A DNA stretch of 16,910 nucleotides from Candidatus Latescibacterota bacterium (GTDB lineage Bacteria > Latescibacterota > UBA2968). The notes beneath the pieces were generated by a model, which did no database searches, was not told the origin of the DNA, and saw only the letters and a program-made list of their open reading frames with translations. Made by a program: the position numbers and the translations under genes. Where the stretch lies: contig JAYODI010000106.1 in assembly GCA_038279365.1 (NCBI GenBank), forward strand, positions 1-16,910. The letters run 5' to 3'. Shown here piece by piece: positions 1-8,900 of the stretch. Position 1 is the first letter of the stretch. Every line of letters starts with the position of its first letter.

Positions 1-7
1 TTTGCCT

Positions 8-62
8 TTTCACGTTTGGCGTTTCACCGCTTCTCACGTTTCACCGCTTCTCACGTTTCACA
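8..62. repeat. Short tandem repeat: 17-bp unit CGTTTCACCGCTTCTCA x2 plus a partial copy, built on a degenerate TCACGTT heptamer
   Basis: 20-36 and 37-53 are identical, followed by CGTTTCAC at 54-61. TCACGTTT also occurs at 10-17. The tract may continue beyond the window edge. Confidence 0.8.
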
Positions 63-83
63 GATTTTAGAGGGGTATATCTT

Positions 84-1415
84 ATGAATCAGGACACAAA
101 GTTTAAAAATGCGATTTGGATTTTTGGTGATCAACATCGGGCACAGGCTTTGGGATGTAATGGAGATCCGAATGCGATTACGCCCAATATTGATCGGTTG
201 TCGGCAGAGGGGCAAAATTTTGATCGGGCTTTGTCGGGGTTTCCGTTGTGTTGTCCGGCACGGGGCGCATTGTTGGCAAGCAAGTATCCGCATGTGTGTG
301 TGCCGGGGCATGAGCATCAGATGCCACCTGAGACGAAGACGGTGGCGCATGCTTTTAAAGAGCATGGGTTTCATACGGCGTATTTTGGGAAGTGGCATTT
401 GGATGGGTTTAAGGAGCGTACGGGACGAGCGGGTACGCATGTGATTCCACCTGAGCGACGAGGTGGGTTTGATACGTGGGTGGGGTATGAGAATAACAAC
501 AGTCAGTGGGATTGTTGGGTGCATGGGGGAGAGGGTAAGGATGCGTTTCAGTATCGATTGCCGGGGTATGAGACGGATTGTTTGACGGATTTGTTGATTG
601 ACTATATTGAAGAACGGGGCAAAAACCCTGAGGTGCCGTTTTTTGGTGCGCTGTCTGTGCAACCCCCGCATGACCCGTATGTGGCACCTGAAGAATTTAT
701 GTCGCATTATAATCCGGCCAACATTGAGTTGCGTGACAATGTGCCCAATATTCCGCGTGTGGTGGATGTGGCTCGGCGCGATTTGGCAGGTTATTATGCG
801 ATGATTGAGAATTTGGATTGGAATGTGGGGCGTGTGCGTGCGGCTTTGGAAAAAGCGGGGTTGGCACATGATACGCATCTTATTTTCTTTTCGGATCATG
901 GCGATATGCATGGCTGTCATGGGCAATTGCGCAAAACGTCACCGTGGGAAGAGTCGATTCGGGTGCCGTTTATTTTGGGTGGTATTCAACCGCGTTATGA
1001 GGGCAAGAGTGGGCGGCCCGATTGTTTGGTGAATATGGTGGATGTGGCACCGACCACGTTGGGGTTGTGTGGCATTGATGCGCCCGATTGGATGATGGGG
1101 TTTGATTATTCGGGTTTTCGGCTGGGCAGTCGGCCACAAAAGGAAGCGCCCGATTCGGCGTATTTGCAGTCGGTGATTCCCACAGGACATGGCAACAGCA
1201 TTGACCGACCCTATCGGGGGTTGGTGACGCGTGATGGGTGGAAATATGTGGTGTTGGAGGGTCAGCCGTGGATGTTGTATAACTTGAATGAAGACCCGTA
1301 TGAACAAGCCAATTTGGCACACAATTCGGCGTTTCACAAACAGCGCAACCGTTTGCAAGAGCGCTTGGCACAGTGGATTGCGGATACAGGTGACACGTTT
1401 CAATTGCCTGTGTGA
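84..1415 (+). CDS. Formylglycine-dependent (Cys-type, S1) sulfatase, no signal peptide
   Basis: 443-aa ORF with N-terminal IWIFGDQHR, CxPxR motif CCPAR, GKWHL, PPHDPY, FFSDHGDM and LYNLNEDPYE. RBS-like AGAGGGG upstream. Confidence 0.93.
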   Translation: MNQDTKFKNAIWIFGDQHRAQALGCNGDPNAITPNIDRLSAEGQNFDRALSGFPLCCPARGALLASKYPHVCVPGHEHQMPPETKTVAHAFKEHGFHTAYFGKWHLDGFKERTGRAGTHVIPPERRGGFDTWVGYENNNSQWDCWVHGGEGKDAFQYRLPGYETDCLTDLLIDYIEERGKNPEVPFFGALSVQPPHDPYVAPEEFMSHYNPANIELRDNVPNIPRVVDVARRDLAGYYAMIENLDWNVGRVRAALEKAGLAHDTHLIFFSDHGDMHGCHGQLRKTSPWEESIRVPFILGGIQPRYEGKSGRPDCLVNMVDVAPTTLGLCGIDAPDWMMGFDYSGFRLGSRPQKEAPDSAYLQSVIPTGHGNSIDRPYRGLVTRDGWKYVVLEGQPWMLYNLNEDPYEQANLAHNSAFHKQRNRLQERLAQWIADTGDTFQLPV

Positions 1416-1436
1416 TGGGTATGGAGAGGATAAAGA

Positions 1437-2546
1437 ATGGCTGAAATTTTAGAATCGAAGGTGATTCACAAGCATGAAGATCGGTATGTGGCATGGCCAA
1501 TGATTTCGAAGACGGTAAATGGGGAATTGTTGGTGGTGTTTTCGGGAGACAGAGAAGGGCATGTGTGTCCTTTTGGAAAAACCTTTTTGATGCGGTCTTT
1601 TGATAACGGTCATTCTTGGCAAGAACCTGAGTTGGTGAATGACACGCCTTTAGATGATCGTGATGCGGGTTTGTGTGTGTGCCCAGACGGTACGTTGCTG
1701 GTGAGTTGGTTTACAACGTGGCGCAACCCTAAAGATGAGACGTTGACGGATGCTTGGCGGGAGCATTTGCAAAAAATTCCAGAGGCGGTGGTGAAACAAT
1801 GGACACAGCCCAACTTGACAGATTCCACATTGATTGAGCGTGGGCATTGGGTTCGGCGTTCGGTGGACAATGGCAAGACGTGGGAAGACCCGATTGCTGT
1901 GCCTGTTACGGCACCGCATGGGCCCAATGTGCTGTCGGATGGGCGGTTGGTTTTTGTGGGCAATGAGGGCTATCGGCGCAGTGACAAGTCGAGTGCCATT
2001 GCCTGTGTAGAATCGCGCGATATGGGCAAAACGTGGACGGTGTTGGCGCGTATTTCGATGTTTCCCAACGATGTGCCCAGCGATGAAGGTGGCATGACGT
2101 ATTTGGGTGAACCCCATGTGGTGGAAGTTACACCGGGGCATTTGTTGGGTATGGCACGTCATGAAGAACAGCCTTATGTGGAAGGTCGCCCCAGTGGTAA
2201 GTTGTGGCAGTTTGAGTCTTTTGATGGGGGGCATACATGGACAGAACCCAAAGAAACACCTATTTTGGGTAAACCCCCGCATTTGCATCGGTTGCCCGAT
2301 GGGCGTATTGTGGTGTCTTATGGGTATCGACATGCTCCCTTTGGTGAACGGGCTTGTATATCGCGTGATGGTGGGAAGACTTGGGATGTGGAACAGGAAG
2401 TGATTTTGCGCGATGATGCTCCCAATTCGGACTTGGGATATCCGGCAACGGTGGCATGTGATGATGGCTCGTTGTTGACGGTTTATTATCAACGGGAGCA
2501 TTTGAGCGAGAAACCGTGTTTGATGACCACACGGTGGCGTGCCTAA
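1437..2546 (+). CDS. BNR/Asp-box repeat beta-propeller protein (sialidase-like glycoside hydrolase)
   Basis: Five Asp-boxes (SFDNGHSW, SVDNGKTW, SRDMGKTW, SFDGGHTW, SRDGGKTW) and C-terminal DLGYP. RBS GGAGAGG. Starts 21 bp after the sulfatase. Confidence 0.88.
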   Translation: MAEILESKVIHKHEDRYVAWPMISKTVNGELLVVFSGDREGHVCPFGKTFLMRSFDNGHSWQEPELVNDTPLDDRDAGLCVCPDGTLLVSWFTTWRNPKDETLTDAWREHLQKIPEAVVKQWTQPNLTDSTLIERGHWVRRSVDNGKTWEDPIAVPVTAPHGPNVLSDGRLVFVGNEGYRRSDKSSAIACVESRDMGKTWTVLARISMFPNDVPSDEGGMTYLGEPHVVEVTPGHLLGMARHEEQPYVEGRPSGKLWQFESFDGGHTWTEPKETPILGKPPHLHRLPDGRIVVSYGYRHAPFGERACISRDGGKTWDVEQEVILRDDAPNSDLGYPATVACDDGSLLTVYYQREHLSEKPCLMTTRWRA

Positions 2547-2640
2547 TGGTTGATTTTTTGTTTTGGATGTGGATACATGCAAGTTTTAGGGGTAATTGAC
2601 ATTTCTTTTTAAAAAATAATTTGCATATTTGAAGTCTCCT

Positions 2641-2662
2641 TATATATTTTCATTTTGAAATT
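2641..2662. promoter_or_regulatory. Putative MarR operator, copy 1 (TATATATTTTCATTTTGAAATT)
   Basis: Palindromic core TTTCA-N3-TGAAA in an AT-rich region just upstream of the marR RBS. Identical to 3168-3189. Overlaps a candidate -10 (TTGCAT 2621-2626, 16 bp spacer, TATATT 2643-2648). Confidence 0.65.
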
Positions 2663-2683
2663 ATAATTTGAACAGGAGCAGTG

Positions 2684-3136
2684 ATGAATTTAGATGAGCA
2701 ATTGGTCTATGTTCGAGACTTTTTGGTGTTTCTCAAAAAGAATTTGGAGCATACCACACAAGATTTTGAAGAGATTCAGGGGGTGTCAGGCCAAGAACTA
2801 TGCGTGTTGACCAATGTGGCCGAACACTGTGAGCTCACGGTGAAAGATGTTGCACAGCATTTGCCCAAAGTGAGTTTGAGCACATTGACGCGCATTTTGG
2901 ATCAACTTGAGGAAAATCAATATATTAAGCGCAGGATAAACGATGCAGATCGGCGAAGTTTTATTGTGTCGCTCACGCCATTGGGGCAGCAAATTGTTGA
3001 TAAATATGGTTCATGCATGGATCAGTTTGCACGTATGATGTTGGAACCGCTTTCCCCGGCAGAGCGGCTGATGTTGATTGAATTGTATAACAAAACTTGG
3101 AAGTCGTTGGCTGCGTCTGATAAAGGTGAGGCGTAG
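2684..3136 (+). CDS. MarR-family winged-helix transcriptional regulator
   Basis: ~150 aa. HTH LTVKDVAQHL...STLTRILDQLE and wing motif DADRRSFIVSLTPLG. AGGAG at 2674-2678 favours ATG 2684 over GTG 2681. Confidence 0.92.
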   Translation: MNLDEQLVYVRDFLVFLKKNLEHTTQDFEEIQGVSGQELCVLTNVAEHCELTVKDVAQHLPKVSLSTLTRILDQLEENQYIKRRINDADRRSFIVSLTPLGQQIVDKYGSCMDQFARMMLEPLSPAERLMLIELYNKTWKSLAASDKGEA

Positions 3137-3167
3137 AATACGTCGTCGTTTGGGTATTTTTTTTGTC

Positions 3168-3189
3168 TATATATTTTCATTTTGAAATT
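3168..3189. promoter_or_regulatory. Putative MarR operator, copy 2, upstream of the efflux operon
   Basis: Exact 22-bp match to 2641-2662. A degenerate third copy (ATTTTCATTTTGGAT) lies at 3205-3219. Confidence 0.65.
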
Positions 3190-3307
3190 TTTTCAAAAAA
3201 ATTAATTTTCATTTTGGATGCTCTTGCACGATTCCAAAATCGTGAGTATGTTGTTTTGATGGGTGCCATATTTCATTTTTACAGGTGATGGGAGGGTGTT
3301 TTTAGCC

Positions 3308-4861
3308 ATGAGGCATATTGGTGTTTTTATGCGAGGGGTTTTCTGTTTGTTGTGTTTGGGCAGTGTGCTTGAGGCTGCCGAACCGGTTGCACCAGATAGT
3401 GCATTGGTAATGGCATTAAAGGCCATTCATGGTGAGCCTTTGCGCTTGCAAGCGGCCAAAGATGCCGCATTGGCCAAGTCTGCTCCCGTGCAAATTGCAC
3501 AATCACAAGTGCGTGCAGCAACAGGTGCTGTGCAACGTGAACGGGGCACATTTGACCCCGAGGTGTTTGCCGAGTTGAAACGGTCGGGCAATGATCAGCC
3601 TGCGTCGTCTCCATTTTCGGGGGCACCGATTGTGGAGCAAAATCAAACGATGGGGCAAGCCGGCGTGCAAATGACCTTGCCCATTGGCACGGAATTGGAA
3701 GCCGCTGTGGTGACCACGCGGTTGCAGAGCAATTCGAATTTTTCATCGTTGAATCCACAATATACGACCACGGGCAATTTGCGTTTTCGCCAACCGCTTT
3801 TAGATGGGTTTTTTAAGCGCAAAGATTTGACATCGGCAGAGCGGTTATTGGATGCGGCTCAAGCCCGATATGATGATGTGGTGATGCGCACGCAGGCTCA
3901 GGTGGAGACGTTGTATTGGAATTTGTATGCGGCAGAGCGCGATTTGGCCGTGCAGATGTTGGTGCGTGATCAGGCCGAGGCGTTGCTCAAGGAAGCTCAG
4001 TTGCGTGCCAAAGCGGGTTTGGTGGGGCCCAATCAGGTGGCCAATGCTCAAGTTTTTTTGGCCTCACGACAGTTGGCCTTGTTAGATCGTGAAGAAGCGT
4101 TGGATCGGGTTTCAGATGATTTGGCGGCACTCATTGGTGTGCGTCCAGAAGGGCGGGTGCGTTTTTGGCCTGTAGATATGCCCCAACGTCAATTTGATTT
4201 GCCTTCTGTTGATCAGGTGGTGGCCGATGTGTTGTGGGAAAACAAATCACTCATTGCCCTTCGGGCCGATGCAGAAGCTGTGAAGGCTTTGGCTAAGGGT
4301 GCAGATCGAGACCGTTTGCCGACGGTTGATTTGGTGGGTGCGGTAGGTGGCAATGGGTTATCGGGCACGGGGCAAGATGTGGTTTTTGGTGCCGATACAT
4401 TGCGTTCTACGGCTTCGGGTGGATATGGTGAGGCCTTATCGCAAGCCTTAAAGCGCGATTACCCTACGTGGGAATTGGGGGTGCAGGTGCGTATCCCCAT
4501 TGGCAATCGATCAGACAAAGGTGAGTTTGAGCGGTTGCGTGCTGAGGTGGGTCGGGCCGATCAATTGTATGCCGAAGCAGTGCGCAATTTGGAGACGCAG
4601 GTGCGGGCAGAATATCGTGCCTTGGCAAATGGCAGCCAGCGTTTGGAAATGGCAGGCGCAGGTGTAACAGCTGCAGCCGAACAGGTGCGCATTGGGTTGA
4701 TTGAATATCGCAATGGGCGCACAACGGCATTTGAGTTGGCGCGGTTGAGTGCCGATTTTGCAACGGCACAACAACAATATTCACAAGCATTGGTGCGCAC
4801 AGCGCGTGCGGCGGCCAATTTGCAGTATTTGACTTCGGGGCAGTATCCTATCAAAAAATAG
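3308..4861 (+). CDS. TolC-family outer membrane efflux protein
   Basis: Two OEP-type repeats (e.g. QVETLYWNL; DRLPTVDL; EYRNGRTTAFEL) and a signal-peptide-like N-terminus. First gene of an OMF-MFP-RND trio. Start uncertain (GTG 3263, ATG 3308 with GGAGG at 3291-3295, or ATG 3329). Confidence 0.88.
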   Translation: MRHIGVFMRGVFCLLCLGSVLEAAEPVAPDSALVMALKAIHGEPLRLQAAKDAALAKSAPVQIAQSQVRAATGAVQRERGTFDPEVFAELKRSGNDQPASSPFSGAPIVEQNQTMGQAGVQMTLPIGTELEAAVVTTRLQSNSNFSSLNPQYTTTGNLRFRQPLLDGFFKRKDLTSAERLLDAAQARYDDVVMRTQAQVETLYWNLYAAERDLAVQMLVRDQAEALLKEAQLRAKAGLVGPNQVANAQVFLASRQLALLDREEALDRVSDDLAALIGVRPEGRVRFWPVDMPQRQFDLPSVDQVVADVLWENKSLIALRADAEAVKALAKGADRDRLPTVDLVGAVGGNGLSGTGQDVVFGADTLRSTASGGYGEALSQALKRDYPTWELGVQVRIPIGNRSDKGEFERLRAEVGRADQLYAEAVRNLETQVRAEYRALANGSQRLEMAGAGVTAAAEQVRIGLIEYRNGRTTAFELARLSADFATAQQQYSQALVRTARAAANLQYLTSGQYPIKK

Positions 4862-4920
4862 ACGTGTTGAAACGACAGATCGTATACTAAAATGCTAAAA
4901 ATTATATTGGGAGCCAATTT

Positions 4921-5967
4921 ATGAAGCGTTTGATGGGGGTTGTTGCACTGGCTTTGTTGGTCGGTTGTGGGGGTGGGCAACAAGGTGGGGGTGGTTTTCA
5001 AATGCCACCTACGGCGGTTGAGACGGTGTCTGTGATGTCGCAACGGGTTGCAGATAAATTTGAAACAGTGGGTAATATTGAAGCGGGTGAGTCTGTGACC
5101 CTTGTGTCGGAGATAGACGGCGTGGTGGTTAAAATTCCTTTTCGAGAAGGGGATACGATTGTGCGCGGTGGTTTAATTGCACAATTGGATGATGCGCAAT
5201 TGCTGGCCGAAGTGCGGCGTGCAGAAGCGGTGTTGGCACAGCGCAAAGCGTCTTATGATCGCATTCAAGATGTGGTGGCACAGGGTGCGGGTGCGCCACA
5301 AGATTTGGATGATGCGGCGGCGGTGCTCAAGGTGGCAGAGGCCGATGTGGCGCTTGCCAAAACGAGGTTTGCCAAAACGCGTATTACAGCACCGTTTGAG
5401 GGGATGATTGGAGCACGCAAAGTGAGTGTGGGGGCATTTGTTCGCCCAGGGCAAAGCCTTGCTGAGTTGGCGCAAGTGCATACGTTGCGGGTGTTCTTTT
5501 CGGTGCCCGAGCGGTATTTGGCCAAGTTGCAACGTGGGGCAGAGGTGATGGTTTCGACCACGGCTTATCCCAACACAGTTTTAACGGGGCAAATTGATGT
5601 GGTGGAACCTACCTTGGATGAAAAGACGCGCAGTGCGCGTGTGATGGCGCGTTTGGATAACCCAGGAAATAAATTTCGACCGGGTATGTCTGCCGATGTG
5701 TCGGCGGTTTTGAGTGAACGGGGCGAAGCTTTGACGGTGCCCAATGAGGCGATTTTTGTGAGTGGTTCAGATGCATTTGTGTTTGTGATCAAAGCAGACA
5801 GCACAGTGACACGGCGTGCATTAACTTTGGGCACGCGCATGGCCGATGTGGTGGAAGTGACATCGGGGTTGTCGGCCAATGAAGTGGTGGTGCGTGCAGG
5901 CCATCAAAAACTGTATGAAGGTGCCAAGGTGATGCCTGTGCAAAGTCAGGAGGCAAAGACACAATGA
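4921..5967 (+). CDS. RND efflux periplasmic adaptor (membrane fusion protein), lipoprotein
   Basis: Lipobox LLVGC, lipoyl-like halves (SEIDGVV...GDTIVRG; TRITAPFEGMIG), FRPGMSA and GLSANEVVV motifs. ATGA overlap with the next gene. Confidence 0.94.
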   Translation: MKRLMGVVALALLVGCGGGQQGGGGFQMPPTAVETVSVMSQRVADKFETVGNIEAGESVTLVSEIDGVVVKIPFREGDTIVRGGLIAQLDDAQLLAEVRRAEAVLAQRKASYDRIQDVVAQGAGAPQDLDDAAAVLKVAEADVALAKTRFAKTRITAPFEGMIGARKVSVGAFVRPGQSLAELAQVHTLRVFFSVPERYLAKLQRGAEVMVSTTAYPNTVLTGQIDVVEPTLDEKTRSARVMARLDNPGNKFRPGMSADVSAVLSERGEALTVPNEAIFVSGSDAFVFVIKADSTVTRRALTLGTRMADVVEVTSGLSANEVVVRAGHQKLYEGAKVMPVQSQEAKTQ

Positions 5968-8900
5968 AACTGAGTTCTGTATCGATTCGCCGACCCGTTT
6001 TGGCTACGGTGATGAGTTTGACAATTTTGTTGTTTGGTATCATTGCGTTTACGCGATTGCCTGTGCGGGAGTATCCCGACATTGATCCACCTGTGGTATC
6101 TGTGACCACGTTGTATCGGGGGGCCAGCCCGAGTGTGGTGGAAACGGAAATCACCAATATTTTGGAAGAGCAGTTTGCCACGCTTGAAGGGGTGAAGTCG
6201 ATGACGTCTTCAAGCCGAGAACAAGGTTCGGTGATTACCATCGAATTTGAGTTGGATCGCGATGTGAATGAAGCGGCCAATGACATTCGCGACCGGGTAT
6301 CTCGTGTGCGGGGGCAATTGCCACGTGAGGTGGATGACCCTGTGATTGGGAAAGTGGATGCCAATGCACAGGCCATTGTGTGGTTGGCCTTATTTAGTGA
6401 GCAGTATTCGGGTTTGGAACTGAGTGAAATAGCAGATCGGGTGCTCAAAGAACGCCTTCAACGTGTGCCGGGTGTGGGGTCTGTGATTATTGGGGGTGAG
6501 CGACGATATGCGATGCGGGTGTGGCTTGATCCTTTGCGCATGGCTGCACACGGTTTGACCACACAAGATATTGAGGGTGCCATTCGGTTGGCCAATGCCG
6601 AAATTCCAGGTGGGCGTGTGGAGGGTGATACCCGTGAGTTTGCGGTGCGCACGCGCGGTGAGTTGGCGTCACCTGAAGAGTTTGGGTCGATTATTGTGGC
6701 GCAGTCTTCAGAGAGCCAGGTGCGGTTGCGCGATGTGGCCAGAGTTGAAATTGGGGCCGAAAACGAACGCAGTTTGGCACGTTGGAATGGCAAACCTGCG
6801 GTGGGTTTGGGCATTGTAAAACAATCGAAGGCGAGCACGTTGGAGGCGGCACAGGCTGTGCGGGATGCGTTGCCTGAGTTGGAAGGCTTGTTGCCTGAGG
6901 GTATGTCGTTAAATGTGGCCTATGATTCGTCGACGTTTATTCAAGAGTCGGTGGAAGAAGTGGGCCAAACGATGTTGATTGCGATGGTTTTGGTTGTGGT
7001 TGTGGTGTTGTTGTTTTTGAAGAGCTTTCGCGCCACATTAATTCCCACGGTGGCCATTCCGGTGTCGATTATTGGTACGTTTGCGATGGCCTATTTTGCT
7101 GGGTATACAATTAATATTTTGACATTGCTTGCGTTGGTATTGGCCATTGGTTTGGTGGTGGATGATGCCATTGTGGTGTTGGAGAATGTTTACCGACACA
7201 TGGAGATGGGCAAGTCGCGTATGCAAGCAGCCTTTGATGGCACCCAAGAAATTGGGTTTGCGGTGGTGGCCACCACGGTGGCTTTGGTGGCGGTGTTTGT
7301 GCCGGTTGCTTTTTTGACGGGTTCTGTGGGGCGGTTGTTTAATGAGTTTGGGATTTCTATTGCTGTGGCGGTGATTATTTCAAGTTTTGTGGCACTGTCA
7401 TTAACGCCTATGTTGTGTTCACGCATTTTGAAGCCTTTACATGGTGATGCCAACTCGGGGTGGGCGTCACGTTCGTTTGATGCTTTTTTTGAGGGCTTGA
7501 ACCGTTTGTATGAAGGCACATTGCGTGTGGTGATGCGTGTGCGGTGGTTGATGATTGGGGTGGCGTTGTTGATGGTGGGTGTGAGTGTGTATTTGTTTGG
7601 GTTGTTGCCACGTGAGTTGGTGCCCACAGAAGATCGGGGCATTGGTTTTGGGATTGTGATTGCACCTGAAGGGGCCACGCTGGAGTATACCGACCGTTAT
7701 ATGAAAGAAGTAGAAAACCGGTTGTTGCCTTTGCCCGAGCGACGGGGTTTGTTTACGGCCATTGGATTGAGTTTTGGTGGGCCGGGTCAGGTGACCAATG
7801 GCATTGTGTTTTTGCCACTCAAACCACGAGATGAACGCGAGAAGTCACAACAACAGATTGTGGGTGAGTTGTTTCCGCAAATGATTTCGATTCCGGGGGT
7901 GTTGGCATTTATTATCAGTCCACCGAGTTTGGGTGGGCGGTTTAATTCCAATCCTGTGGAGTATGTGTTGCAAGCCGATAGTTATGAAACGTTGAATCAG
8001 GCCGTGGGGGTGATGATGGCCAAAGCTGGAGAGTTGGGGTATTTGATCAATTTGGATACCGATTTGCGTTTGAATAAACCGCAGTTGGATATTTCGATTG
8101 ATCGCAAACGGGCGTCGGAGTTGGGCGTGTCGGTGACCGATATTGGCACGACGCTGGAGACGTTTTTGGGTGGGCGTGTGGTGACGCAGTTTAAGCGGGG
8201 CACCAAGCAATATGATGTGATTGTGCAGATGACCCCTTCGGCGCGCGCCACGCCGGATGCAATCGCAGGGATTTATTTGCGAGGGGCGGGTGGTTTGGTG
8301 CAGTTGGCCAATGTGGTGCAAGTATCTGAGACGGTGGCACCCAAAGAGTTGAACCATTTTAATCGGGTGCGTTCGGCAACGTTGTCGGCGAATTTGGCAC
8401 CGGGTGTGGATTTGGGCACGGCGTTGGATGCGTTGGATCGCATTGCGGAAACGGATTTGCCAGGGGGCGTAAAGCGTGAATTAGATGGTCAGTCACGTGA
8501 GTATCGTTCATCGAGCAATGCGTTGTATTTTATGTTTTTGTTGGCGATTGTGTTTATTTATTTGGTGTTGTCGGCACAGTTTGAGAGTTTTGTGCATCCG
8601 ATGACCATTTTATTGTCGGTGCCTTTGGCGGTGTTTGGGGCGCTGGTGTCGTTGTTTGTGTTTGGACAGAGTTTGAATATTTATTCTCAGATTGGGTTGA
8701 TTATGTTGGTGGGGTTGGTGACGAAGAACTCGATTTTGATTGTGGAGTATGCCAATCAGTTGCGGGCGCAGGGGCGTGAGGTGATGGTGGCGGTTGTGGA
8801 GGCGGCAACGATTCGTTTGCGACCGATTTTGATGACGTCGTTTGCGACGATTTTTGGGGTGTTGCCCATTGCGATTGGGTTGGGTGCGGGGGCTGAGGCA

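Noticed and set aside
1..62. CRISPR array
   Set aside because: Units are 17 bp, directly adjacent, have no unique spacers, and no cas genes are present.
51..926. Long antisense ORFs (51..926, 1650..2582, 10190..11359, 5789..6448 and others)
   Set aside because: They are shadows of well-supported + strand genes, have no recognisable motifs, and are rich in His/Pro/Thr/Gln as expected from the strand skew.
2596..2667. Perfect TTGACA (2596-2601) and TATAAT (2662-2667) as one sigma70 promoter
   Set aside because: They are 60 bp apart, and neither has a good partner at 16-18 bp spacing.
4862..4920. Internal promoter between tolC and the MFP gene (TTGAAA ... TATACT/TAAAAT)
   Set aside because: Spacings of 10 and 15 bp are non-canonical, so the evidence is insufficient.
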